Source: Lama guanicoe (lineage: Eukaryota). Taken from it: a stretch of DNA of 64,000 nucleotides. The notes under the pieces are model-generated. The model searched no databases. It saw only the letters and a program-made list of their open reading frames with translations, and was not told the origin of the DNA. The position numbers were made by a program, and so were the translations under genes. Shown here in pieces: positions 35,795 to 47,925 of this stretch (the stretch's first letter is position 1; each line of letters opens with the position of its first letter). The stretch covers positions 3,584,161-3,648,160 of the forward strand of contig MU054323.1 of NCBI GenBank assembly GCA_013239625.1. Direction: 5' to 3'.

Positions 35795-36005
35795 ATGGTC
35801 TTCAGAGCCAGAAAAACCCCTCTGTTGCCTGCTTGCTGTGTGACCTTGGGCCAGTCACTTAACCTTTCTGAGTTAGGTTTCCTCATTTGATAAAAATCAA
35901 TAATAGTATCTACTTCCTATAGTTGCCTTGAGAATAACATGAGATATGTTTATAAAATGATTGGAATAGACTCTGGCGCATGGTAAGTTTTCAAAAAATG
36001 AGCTT
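35795..36005 (+). mobile_element. MIR SINE
   Basis: gctgtgtgaccttgggccagtcacttaacctttctgag...tttcctcatttgataaaa. Confidence 0.85.
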
Positions 36006-37169
36006 ATTCTAGAAATATCTCCCCCTCTCCCATTATTGGGGATAAGGACAGCTTGACTGATATATACATGTGTATGCATCTCTCTCTACACATTTAAACC
36101 ATATCAGCATCTTGTGGGTGACGCAACCCTTCAGTCTGCTGAAGGGAATAAGCCCTTGACCCATTTCATATGGTTGCTTTGAAGGATGACTAATAAATGT
36201 GCTCATAAAAATCTCTGCTAAATGTCAAATCCTTAAAGACGTAATTCAAGGAGAGTAGGAGTTCTTCAAGGTTGCACATCCAGCTGGGGGCAAAGAAAAT
36301 GTATGTCTTTGTGTGTGAGTGAGTGTGTGTTTAGAACTTTTATTTATTTTAAAACTTCACAGAAAAAAGGAACCTATACACAAGAGCCTGACTTCTGACC
36401 CTTACCGAAGCCCATCCCCGGGAGGTTATAATTAGCATACACAAATTAAAGTATCAAGAATTAATTGGGCTGGGGCTCTTCTGGATCCTCCCTGGGAACT
36501 CAGACATTGAAGCCGGAAGCCAAGAGTCCTGTCTAGACCCCTCAGCAGCCACCCTTTGCTGTTGGGCGTCTGGGCTGCCCGCACTGCCGGCGGGAGCCCC
36601 TCACCTCCTGCTTGGTGCGGCTTCCGAGAATGAGCTCGGACTTTGTGGTGGAGGCCGGCAGAAAGCTGGAAGGTGTGGGGACACTGAAAAGACAAAGTCT
36701 GACCTGCTATTAGAAGAATAGTCTATCCTCGTGCAGCCTCTTAAGATCCCTGGAAATAGGGAGACCTTCAGGGCGGCCAAAGCCCCCTCCTAGCTCTCCT
36801 GGGATGCCGAGGCAGTGGCCTGAGCAGCATTTAGGTTTCTGTCACCATCCTAGAAAAATAAACAAGAAAAACAGACCCCCAAAGACTCCACACTGACCCC
36901 GCAGCCCCCATTTAAGGACTCAGATTGTGACTTTGGCCTTGACTGGGAGTTACCAGGAACTGGGCGGGTCAAACTGAGCTCAGACTTTTCCAGGTCACGT
37001 TGCTGCCTGATCCCCTCGGCTGGAAGCTCAGGACTCCTTCTCATCCTGGGTGATGCTTCTGAGGTCCCGATGAGATGGGCAGCGTCCTGGGTTCTGTCCT
37101 GACTCTGCGAGTACACCTCTGGGGCTTGACTCCTTCTCTATAAAACAAGAGAGCTGAGATGGCATTCTC

Positions 37170-37390
37170 TAACATTTCCCAAAGTATGTGCCGTGGAACA
37201 GGGCATTGCTTGAGCCAAAATGTCCATAGTCAAATAAGTTTGAGAAACACTGCATATCCTGGTCCACTCTTGGAGACCCATAATGCATATCAGCACGGTT
37301 CTGAGCAGTCCTCTTTTAAAGGCACCTCTGTAGCCTGACTTAACCCAGTACCTCCCATATTTACTTAATCATGGAACACTTTTTATAAAT
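37170..37390. mobile_element. MER103-like hAT-Charlie element
   Basis: gtcaaataagtttgagaaacactgcata...ctcttggagacccataatgca...ttaacccag resembles MER103C. Confidence 0.65.
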
Positions 37391-38054
37391 ACAACATCTG
37401 TTAAGCCTTCTTCAGAGTGCACTTACCACAGCTCCCTTGGTGAATCCCACTTCTTCTGGCATCACGCCTGTGCTGTATTCCTCTGCAAGCAGAGAAGTGA
37501 AGAGGACAGCCCTGCCCTCCAGCAGTGCAGGCCCAGCAAAGCAGGTTCAGGGAGGGAGACTTAGACATTTCCATCTAGATATGAGGGAAGGCTTCCTGGA
37601 GGAGGTGGCCTGATGGAGTTGGCTAGCGGCAGGGCTGGATGAAGGCACGGGTGTCTTGGTCTGACAGTCTGAGTGATGTGAGAGGAAGGGAGGAAAGGGC
37701 CCCGTGCTTCCCTCTGTGATCTTGAGTATCCTGACTCCAAGCCTGAACCTACAAACTCCACTCAACAAAGCAAAAGCCAGTTCCAGTTAAGTGGGTTCAG
37801 CCTTCTTAGTAGACAAATGAACAGCCATCTTTTGTGACTTGATTCACTCTGTGTAGTTCATTGAAGTATTCCTTCTGACTAACCACATGCAGTTTTATTC
37901 TTTAAAGGAGTCCTGTTGAGCATACTTTCCTCTGTCCCCTTACAGTCCAGTGATATTTTAGTGCTGCTTAAGGAACAGAACGCACCTCACCCATGAATGT
38001 AGCTCTGACGGGGGAAGAAGCTAAGGGACTGGTGTTTCAGGTGTACAGGCCTTT

Positions 38055-38230
38055 CGTTCATCATTCTCTTAATTTTTCACTCACTTACTGAGTGCCTACT
38101 CTGTTATTTATTCATTCTTTGATTTTTTCAATCACTAAACATTTACTGATTACCTCCTCTGTTCCAGGTGCTGTGCTGGGTGCTAGGGACCCTGAGTGGC
38201 ATCAAACATGCTTCTCCCTCAAATAAGCCA
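38055..38230 (-). mobile_element. L2 LINE 3' end with duplicated tail
   Basis: ttactgagtgcctactctgtt followed by aacatttactgattacctcctctgttccaggtgctgtgctgggtgctagggac. Confidence 0.75.
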
Positions 38231-41200
38231 AACCTGTGGGCCTCAGAAACACATTGTTCTTTTCCTTCAACTGTGAAGCTTCCAGGTGTCAGAAATAGAA
38301 CACTTGTGAGAGGCTATGTCACGGTGTGAAAACCCACAATCACCACAATCACAATCTAGCGTGTTGCTTCCAGGCACAAGCATCCCGGGAGCGCCCGGGA
38401 GAAACCTCCCGAGCAGGCCAGGCGCAGGGACGGCTCTTGGGCAGAGGCTGGATCTGCATGCTAAGTGGTGAAAAGTCGCAGAGCTCCCCCGTGTGCAGGC
38501 CCTGCAGCCGGAGTGTGGAGGGCTCGGAGTTGAGACTGGAAGCTGAACAGGGCCCAGATCGTGAAGTGACTCTTAAGCCCTGTTGAGGAGTCTGAGCTTT
38601 ATCTCGAGGGCTTTTAGCCGCTGGGAGGGGTCTTGATAAAATGAGTGTTTTCAGGAAGTGCTCCCTGGTTGTGGGTGGAGTATAGAAGCCAGCGGGACAG
38701 AATGAGATGTTCCTCCCTGGCCTGGGCCCAGGGCAGGCCAGACCCCAGATTTGGGGGCACCTCTGAGCCAGCTGTGCTGTGAAAATCCTGGGAACCCGAA
38801 TCCCCGACACGCACTGCCCTTGACCCAGCTAGAACCTACCAGGCCATGAGGACAGCAAGCATGCAAGTCTCAAGATAGGGGAGCTCTTGGGACATTTCGG
38901 GGAGCATGTTTCTGCTTGAAAGCAGGCAGTTTCTGCTCCAGGACAATCTCTTCACAGTATCCAGGCAATTAATTATTTTTTATCTCACCAAGTAAGGGGC
39001 CCATGTGGAAATCACTCCCATATTTCTGTTCAAATTTTGTGTTGCTGTTTACTCGGAACAGGAAAAGAGCAGAAGATAGAATATTTTCAGAGTGGTTGCC
39101 AACTGGAGGGTTTTTTTCCTTTTATTTCTGAGTGGTAGGAACAGGGAGGGAGGGGGAGGAGGGGATGGGTCCCTTTTGGTGGGCCAGGGCCGCTGACGTG
39201 GGAGCAGGCACCCTCGGGGGTGTGCTCTGGGCGGCAACCCCTTGCACCCACTGGAGGGGTTCTGAGAGTCCGGAAGAGCCAGAGCCCCAGAATCTGCCTC
39301 CATCCCAACCCTGGACAGTCCTTCTCAGGGTTATTCTCTTTGTGGAGAGAGGCTAACAAGCCCCTGAGCGGGGACCCTGAAGCAGTTCAGGCCAGCCGAG
39401 TCCTGGAGGGGCTGGAATGAGAGAGAGGAGGGCGGGAAAGCCCTTCTGGCTGGTTGCCTGGTATCCTGATGTGAACACTGGGCTGGGAGCAGGGCACCTG
39501 GGTTTTGGTGTGTGATGCTGAGTTAATTGCATTATCTTCCTGGCTTCAGTTTCTTCATCTGTAAAATGGATCTTTCACCCTCAACAACTGCCCTAGGAAA
39601 ATATAGCATGGCTCCCTGACTCCCACATCCCCAAATGGAAGACATCACACTATCCTCCAAGAGCACCTGGGCCAGGGGTCCAGATTAGATTCTGCGAGGG
39701 TGCCCACTTGTTTGGGAGGCTCTCTGTGTCATGGACTTGCTACCATTCACATCTCCCCAGAAACTCCAGAAAAACAGCCCACAATGGGCCTTGACAGCCT
39801 CAGAGTATCAGAGGATGGTCCCTGGAGCCTTGGCAGCTGGGGTGAGGGTTGACAGGCCCTGAGGGAGTGGACACTCTGTTTGGCATGGCTTGGTGGGAGA
39901 GTAGAGGTGGGAGGAAGGAACCTCTCCACTGTGTCCTCGCTGCATGTCTTTGGCCCACTCATCAATCTGAGTATGCTGGGGAGACCGATGAGTCCATTTG
40001 TGTGATGGGGATAATGATGCCGGCCCATGTGATGGAGGGAGAAATAATGAGAAGGTAGAGGGGTCATGTTGACAGTGTTCATTGCCATAACCCTGGTGCT
40101 TAGTTGGCCTCCAATAATGTTTGTTGAATGAATAATACAAGTGAAGTACGTAGTACAGTGTCAGGCATAGAACCAGAAACAAGCATAGATGCCACGGTCC
40201 ACACGTCCGCCCCTCATGTGACTTCATCGTCCTCAGGGGCAGGTACTGACTCTGACGTTTCGCACACTCAGAAGATCCATGCTCAGCCCCACCCTGTGGT
40301 TCTTCCAACTCAAGTTTCATCACAGAGGAATATCGAGTGCCCGAGGCACCACGCCCTGTTCTCTGCAGGCTGCCAGAAGCCTCCATTGTTTGCCCCACAA
40401 GGTGTTGAGCCGTGTTGTGAAAGTTGAGTCTCCCAGAAGGAAGAAGGGTCCCCAGGTCCTAGTCGGGGTCACCCACCTCTGCCCTGCCCTGTCTTATATT
40501 GTCCTCCTGCCGAGGATGGGGTCACGTCAGTGCCACCCGGGTCCCCAGCGTCCGCCTGGCCGCATCCGCCCTCCCCATCCTGCTGGATGGGAGGATGCAG
40601 GCTGCCCCTCTGGTCTGGGACAGGAGTTCCCTTCCTGCATCTGCTCCCTTCACACCCACACCATCTCTCCTAAAGCCCAACAAATGTTTTAGAACTTAGA
40701 ATCCTCAGCCTTCGGCTGGCCACTCTGGGATTTGAGTAGAATGCTTAGATTTCTACCAATGGTTTCTGAAAGAGTTCTTAACCTGTGCTGTTAGCAGCCT
40801 TCAGGGCTGGAGGGGAGAGTTCCCTCCTGGGGACCCTGTGGGCCTCCTGACCTGAGCAAGACCCACTCACCTGGGACCTCTCTCTTGCTACCACTCCCCT
40901 CAGGTGTCTGCCTGCCCTGTGTCCAAGGTGTCCTTTTTCCCCAAACCCAGCCTCCCCAGTGCCCTACACTCATTGCCTAATCCCCTAGGAAACCATCGAT
41001 GACCTTCATGCCCTCGGGCAATAGCCCACACATTCATTTGTAGCAGGTGCTCACCAAGAGCTTGCTAAGCCTCCAGTGGACAAGGAAAGGTGGGATGGCC
41101 TGGGGGTTGCTGGGAGCAAGTGGGCCCCGTCTAGGGCTCTTGCCCCTGGGAGTAGTGTCAGAACAGGGTGGGGTCCTCCTGGGAGCGCAACTCCCCTCAC

Positions 41201-41339
41201 CCAAGGTGAGGTCTGTCCCAGCTGTAGCTCTACCTGAGCCCCCCCTGGGGCTGGTTCTTCAGTGGAGCCCACCTGCCAGGGCAAATGCATGAGGTGGGCA
41301 GGGCCGCAAACCCAGCTGGAGGAGGCGGTGACAGGAGCA

Positions 41340-41620
41340 CAATATTTATTGAGCACCTACTGTGTACAGGAGTGTAACACCAGCTGTGTCTGCCCTGTGT
41401 GGCTCACTGTTCAGTGAGGAGAGAAAGGTACCTGGACCTGTGTTGGAGCCACAAAGGGAGCCCTGGGGAACGCAGGAAGGGGATGTGAATCCGGTGCAGG
41501 CACTGGAAGCCCTCGTGGAGGAGCTGGCCTTGAATGCTGCTTTGGACTTTCGACAGGCAAAGATGAGGAAGAGCATTTCTGATAGAGGGAAGAGCACCGG
41601 TGAAGGCCAGAGGTCAGAAG
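41340..41620 (-). mobile_element. L2 LINE 3' region
   Basis: aatatttattgagcacctactgtgt...gaggaagagcatttctgatagagggaagagca. Confidence 0.78.
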
Positions 41621-41954
41621 GGGTGGCTGTGTTGGGGGTGTGAATAACCAGGGCTCTCATGACAGGCGTTTGTAGGTGAGCTTAGAAAACGGAAGACCTA
41701 CTGTGCCATTACTGGGACTGAGGTGCCTCCCAGGACGCAGGACTTTCAACGCTATAGCCCCCAAAGTCCAGGGCCAACTGGGATGAGCTGGTCATTGGAC
41801 TGGGAAAGCTAAATGGAGTTCTGATAGACACAAGCTTTGAAAATACAGTTGAGAAGTCTGGGGTTCTGTCCTCTAAGCCAAGAGGAGATACAGAAAGGTC
41901 TTTTTTTTTTAAGGGAAAGGGAAGAAAACACCTACAAACTAAGCCTCTTGATCC

Positions 41955-42085
41955 CCACACTGATGGGAATATTTATCTCCATGTTGCATATGAGGAACCT
42001 GAGTGCCAGAGAAGTTAGGTTACTTGCCCCAGGTCACACAGCGAATAAGCAGCCAGTGATTCCAAAGCTTGTGCTCTAAACCACT
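41955..42085 (-). mobile_element. MIR SINE fragment
   Basis: atgaggaacctgag...ttacttgccccaggtcacacagc. Confidence 0.72.
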
Positions 42086-43489
42086 GAGCCATCTGGTCAG
42101 AGTGAGGCTTTGCCAGCCTGGGGGCGGGTATGGTGGCCCCAGAGCAGAGGCTGCCTGGGATCTCTCTGAGGATGGGGCCTCAGGGGGTCCTGGAAGATGG
42201 GCCTGCACTGACTCTTGGTTTCCTGGTCTGTGGCATAGATAGCCATCAAACAACCCCAGAGCTGGCTTGGCCTTCCTAGCTCTGTGACCCTGTTGTCCAT
42301 CCCAGGGTCGGTGAACAGTGTTGAATGGATGATGGGACCTGTGTTGCTCACACTGTGACCAACAGGGCCCCTGAGGGGCTAACTGTCCAGCCACAGCCCC
42401 TCCCAGCAGTGAGAAACAGCTTTGCATGCAGCCCCCACCACCCCTCCACTCCCCAAGTCCAGAAGGAGATCGCCTGGGCTGAGGGAGACTCTCTCTTGCT
42501 GACCAGGAAGCACATCCTCTGATCCAGGGATCAGCACAAATAGACCCAGGTCCAGCTCTCCCCTGACCTAGCCCAAGCTGCTCAGGACGTAGCAGCTACT
42601 CCTCCCAGACAGCCGGGCAGAGAAGCATTAAGGGGCTACCCCCAAAGAGTCCTCACCTGGCACCAGACACGGTGGGGCGGGGAGGAGCAGAGAAGGAGGA
42701 AAGCCAGCTGGTGTGGCGGGCAGCAAGCACGTCCAGGTGGAGGGCACGAGTGTTTGGACAGGTGGCTGGAGCCTGATGACAGGGGCCTGGCAATGGGCAG
42801 CCGCGTCCCGAGTGCCCAAATCTGGGGCGGGAAGCCAGGCACACTGATGTTCCAGTTGTGTTATAGGGTGGCAGAGAGTGATCTGCACGGCACCGGGCCC
42901 TGGGCACACGTATCTGGCTTTTAGGCCATCCTGTGTTCAGTGTGCCCTTGGCCGTGGGGTTACACCTGGGAGCCAGCCTGCCAAGGAGGGCACCCCAAAG
43001 TCAGGGCTGCAGTAGAGATGCTTTCCTCTGCACAGCCGCATCGGGGGGTGCCAGGGCTGGAGCTCGGCGGCAATGGGACCCTTTGTAGGGGGTGCTCTGC
43101 CGGGAGAGCCCCATGCCGGCACCCAGGGGAGAAACGCTAGCGCAGGCTGTCTGGGTCTCAGCCGGAGGGCTCTTGGTGGGTGTGTGGGAGGAGGGTCTCA
43201 GACATCTCAGCCTTTGTTCAAAAGCCAAAGCAGGATGGTTTCCAGAGAAGAACAGGGGCAGGTGAGTGTTTGACTCCTCTCCATCCTTAGCAAGCACACA
43301 ATGTGCTGAGGATCGGGGGTGGATGCCACCAGGGGCACCACAGGAGAATGACCCCCACAAGACTTTCTGTGCAGCTCAGGGCTCTGGAAGGACTGATTCT
43401 GCTCAGGAATGACAAGGCCTCCTTCCTGGACACGAGGCTGGGGTGGCGGCCCCTCTGAGCCTCTCAAGAGGTACCTGCGAGAGGGGAGT

Positions 43490-44030
43490 GGGGAGTTGCG
43501 TCTTCCTGGTTACAGGGCTTCTGTTTGGGGTGATTAACATGTTTTAGAAAGAGTGGGAATGGTTATGCAACACTGTGAATATAATGAATGCCCCTAAATT
43601 GTAAGTTTATGGTTAAAATGGCAATTTTGTGTTATATGTATATATTTCACCACAATAAAAAAATTTAAAAACCATCAATTTCATGAAAAATAAGGAAAGA
43701 CTAAGAAACTATCACAAATGGAAAAAGACTAAGGAAACATCACAACCGAATGCACGGTGGCAACCAGGATCAGATCCGGGAACAGGGAAAAAGGACAATT
43801 AATGTCTATTAAGGAAACACTGGTGAAATTCGAGTAAAGTTTGTAGTTGAGTTAATAATATTGTCCCCGTGTTAGTTTCTTAGTGGTGACGAATGTTCCA
43901 CAGTTATGTAAGATGTTAACATAGGAGGAAACTGGGCGATGGGTGTATGGGAACTCTCTGTACTGTCTTTGTAACTTGTGTATAGATCTAAAATTATTCC
44001 AAAATAAAAAGTTAAAAAAAAATCAAAAGC
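43490..44030 (+). mobile_element. Two tandem L1M 3' ends (L1MB-like, then L1MC/MD-like)
   Basis: atggttaaaatggcaattttgtgttatatgtatatatttcaccacaataaaaaa, then gtatgggaactctctgtactgtctttgtaactt...tctaaaattattccaaaataaaaagtt. Confidence 0.85.
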
Positions 44031-44484
44031 AGGGCCTGGACTACCAAGGAGAACTGGGGCCTGCATGTGGTGCTGGGGTCCTGGCTCTGCCCAGGAAAGG
44101 CCAGGGTGTGGACAGAGGGTTGGGTGGTTCCGGTGGGCGGTCAAGACACTGGTCTGGCTGTAGCCTCACCCCCATTAATACCTATGTTCATTATGCAGTT
44201 TGTCCTTCTCCACAGACGGCCCCACCCAGGCCCGCTTCCCCTCCTGGACATCTTGGTTTCCATCTCCGCAATGGCCCCCCTCACAGCCTCTCTACTAACA
44301 TGCGGGCCTGGGCACGAGGACCTCAGTGCCCCGAGATGTGCTCCCTCAGCACACAGTGGTCACACAGCTCACAATGGTCATGCATCCTGACGGCAGGCTG
44401 CCAGCAGAGGTCCTGAGAGCAGGATTCCTGCTCCCACGCATTTATCGGAGGAAAAAGGGTTAGGAACAGGGAGGAGAGAAAATG

Positions 44485-44690
44485 AAAGCTAACATTTAGT
44501 GAGCACCTACTGCATGCCAGGCACAGTGCCAGACACCTCATAGATGGTTCTCATTGACCTCCCTACAATGGAAGGTAAGCATAATTATTCCCATTTTACA
44601 AATCAAGAGATGAAGGCTGAGAGAGGTCAGCTGATCACCTATATGTGTCAGAACCAGGGAACAAACCCATGTATCTGTTGGACTGCAGGT
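44485..44690 (-). mobile_element. MIR SINE
   Basis: gctaacatttagtgagcacctactgcatgccaggcacagtgc...attattcccattttacaaat...ggctgagagagg. Confidence 0.85.
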
Positions 44691-46049
44691 TCTGTCTTCT
44701 CTCCTCCACACCCAGTCAAGAGAAGGGGTGGGACTTCTCTGGCTCCCCAGGCCGGGGGCTGTAGGACATTCTGAGCTTCTAGGAGTGTCAGGTGACAAGA
44801 CAGAGGGCACACTTGGTGATGTCATTCTCTGGAAGGGGGCCAAGCGTGTGTTTGCAAGGTCAAAGTTTCTATGGACAGAGGGCAGGCTAGGGGAGGAGCT
44901 ATGGTGAGTCATGTAGCTGGGGGGCTGGTTGGAACTGGGGAGGCCGCAGACCTAATGTAGAGCCCAGGTCTCCTTGTAACCCCCCACTCTCACACCAAGC
45001 CCCCACAGTCCATGATGTGGTTTCCTTGGTCACTGTTTTGCCCTTAGAGGGACACACAACCCAGAAGAGACCTGGATGCAGGACACTTCCTCGGTCCCCC
45101 TCTGGATCTGGCCATCCTTACAGGCCTTGCCTCCGTCTCCCCACACCGCCCACATCTCAGGAGATGCTCCCTGTGCTTGGCCTTGAGATTGCTCCCACTT
45201 CTCAGAACTTTCCTCATCTTTAGTCAGTGCCACAACCACAGTCCCAGGAGCTGTCTCCTTGGGGTGGCTGCTCTTGCCAGTCCCATGAGCCCCTAGAGAG
45301 CCCAGGTGGCCATCATGTCCTCTGGTCCTCAGCACTCAACAGAGAGCAGGGCTGGGTCCAGCTTCTTTGGGCTCCCTGGGCATAGACAGATGAGCCACGT
45401 GCGGGAGATCCCAGCTGGAGTCCAGCCCAGCGGGACGCTACTGCTTGTTTTGGAAAGGCAGGTCTCAAAGCCGAAGGCACTGGTCCAGACCCAAACCCAT
45501 CTTGCTGCTCTGGGTACAGCTACTCCCCCAGCCAGAGAGGGGGATGAGCCCAGAACATTCTGTGATTACAGCCTGTGAGTGCTGGCTGTGACTGTGCAGA
45601 AAAGACCAGTGTGTTTCCAGTAAAACACTGAGTGATCTAGAAAGCCATGACCACCCCCAGCACATTTATTCTTAGAAATCCCAGAAAGCTGTTGACTAAC
45701 TCACTCTTGGAAATGGGACTCTAGCAGGAAACTACGGGGTCCCTGCCCTGAGCCGAGAGCAGTCTGCGGCAGGCCTGAGGAAGCAGGCTGGGGTCGGGCT
45801 TCACAGGCCCCGTGGCTGGCGTGGAGCACTGCGGGGAACTGGGCATCCTCCCGCCCCTCAGCCGCCTTTCTGAGCCCTTCCTTGACAAGCACACCAGTGT
45901 CATGTGCTCTCCTTTTTCAAGCAGTTTTATCCAGCACTCCCCAGGCTGGGGCCTCCCTAGAGGTGAAGGGTATTGTGGTTTGAAGTCCCGAACCCTTAGT
46001 TCCTTGACTTTGGCTTTGGGGAAGTGTGAGCCAGGCCACAGCCACCCTT

Positions 46050-46280
46050 GCTTATTCATTCAGGAAGTGTTTGTGGAGGGCAGGGGGGCCTGAGGATAAG
46101 AGACTCAGACACTATTTGGGCCCCTCAGGAGCTTAAGGTGGCACAGCTGAGTGTACAAATAGCTACAGCAGCAAGTGTGAAAAGAGCCCGAGAAAGGGGC
46201 AAAGGGTTCCACGCCGCAGGCTGAGAGAAGTTTGGTGCAGTTAAGCAGACCAGGCAGGCTTCCTGGAGGAAGGGGCATTT
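46050..46280 (-). mobile_element. L2 LINE fragment
   Basis: attcattcaggaagtgttt...cccctcaggagctta...aggcttcctggaggaagggg. Confidence 0.55.
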
Positions 46281-47679
46281 GACAGACTCGAAGGATTGCT
46301 TGTTGTTGTTGTTGTTTTAAACCCTGAATATTGAAAGGGGCAGCTGAGGTGAAGCAGGGTGAGGCCTGGACTGTGTCAGGCAGACCTGGTGTGGATCCCA
46401 TCCCTGAGGATGGGCCATGTGACTTCGGGGAGGGCCCTGCCTCCCTGAGCACTTGCTCACCGGAAGAGAAGAAAGATTGTGAGGATACCGTGAAATAACA
46501 CGTGAGAGCCGCCCGGCCCTGGGGGAGGGTGGGGGTGGCACCCTTGGCCGGTGCTTCTGTCATGCTCTTTTGAGTCTGAATGTGGTGGTGGCCTGGCGGG
46601 TGCCCTAGGCAGATCTAGATAGTCCCGTTGTAATGATTAGACATCTCACGCCCTCTGCACAGCGTAAGCTCTGGAACACTGCTCAGAAAGAGATCAATAT
46701 CGCCTCTCTAAGAGAGCCGGGGGCCGTGTCATTAGGGCAGGTGACCAGGACTGTCTGTGTGTCTCGAACACAGCCAACAGTCCAGGCCCTGGACATTTCC
46801 ATGTCCCAGCCCCTCTCCCAAGAGAGAGGAGGCAGAGGCCTGCGCCCAGTTCTCACAGCCCATCTGAGGGGGCTCACACTGGCCCTCCAGGCAAAAGAAT
46901 CCTTCCTGCGTCACAGCTGGAGGTGACCCCAGCCAGTAAGTCCATCAGGAGGAGTAACTTGGTTTCCTCAGAGCTAATTGCTCAGTCAAAGCCCTTTGCA
47001 CATCAAAGTGGCCCAGGCCAGCTCCTAGGATGAGACACAGCTTCGGGAACACACAAGCCTTTGCTGTCTCTGGTAATGGAGCCAAAAACTCTTCTGCAGT
47101 CCCCGAGTGTCTTGGAAGCGGGAAAATAGACAGGAGCATACTGAGTTATCTACCTGCAGACCAGGGAAGGGCTTTGATCTGACACACCGGGGGCAGGTGG
47201 CTGGCTCAGCGGGTGGACATTGAGAGAGGTGGGGAGAGAATTCTGACAGGATACATCTCCCCCTCAGGATGACCCGTGGCCTGGGATGTGACCTGTGGCC
47301 TGGGGTGGGCTCCCCACCTGCGGTTGGGAAATTGGAGCTCAGCGCAGAGGATTTCACCATGGCCGTTCCATGGCCATTGACAGGGCTCTACAGAGAACAT
47401 CTTCCCTGACTTCCCATCTGAGTGCGGAAACAGGCCCAGGGAGAGGTGCAGCTTGCTGAGTTTCTCCAGGGAGTTAGTGATGTTTCAGGCCAAGGCTCCA
47501 TCCTCACGGCTCACACCAAGCCTGCCTCTGCCTGCAGGTGTGAACGAGACATGGGAGGTGGGATTGAGGTGGGAGAATGTGGGAGCCCAGCTGAGGAGAT
47601 GGGACCTGACCAGGGCCAGGAGTAGGGTTAAGGAGCCTGGGGCCTGAGCACAGAGCTGTTTAGAAAAACCTCGGGACTG

Positions 47680-47925
47680 AATTAGTTAGTGGTGGCTAAG
47701 GGTTAAGGAGGAGGTGGGGTGGGAAGGAAGTGGGTGTGGCTATAAAAGGGTAATACAAGGGATCCTTCTGTATCTTGGCTGCATCAGTGTCAGTATCTTA
47801 ACATCCTGGTTGTGGCATCACACTAGGGTTTTGCAAGATGTTACCATCAGGAGAAACAGGGTGAAGAATACAGCTGCATGTGAATTTACAATTATCTAGA
47901 AATAAAAAGTATAATTAAAAAAAAG
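47680..47925 (+). mobile_element. L1MC/MD-like 3' end
   Basis: gggtgtggctataaaagggtaatacaagggatcctt...gttttgcaagatgttaccat...tgcatgtgaatttacaattatc. Confidence 0.8.

Noticed and set aside
39808..40427. Longest ORF (196 aa, -) and a Ser/Thr-rich 99-aa ORF (+)
   Set aside because: Both overlap L2-like tails at about 40090-40240; no recognisable protein similarity.
43035..43267. Exon ending at consensus donor CAG|GTGAGT (43261/43262)
   Set aside because: No recognisable coding content or partner exons; isolated consensus donors are expected in 64 kb.
43326..43342. CTCF site gccaccaggggcacc
   Set aside because: One G short in the core spacing of CCACCAGGGGGCRC.
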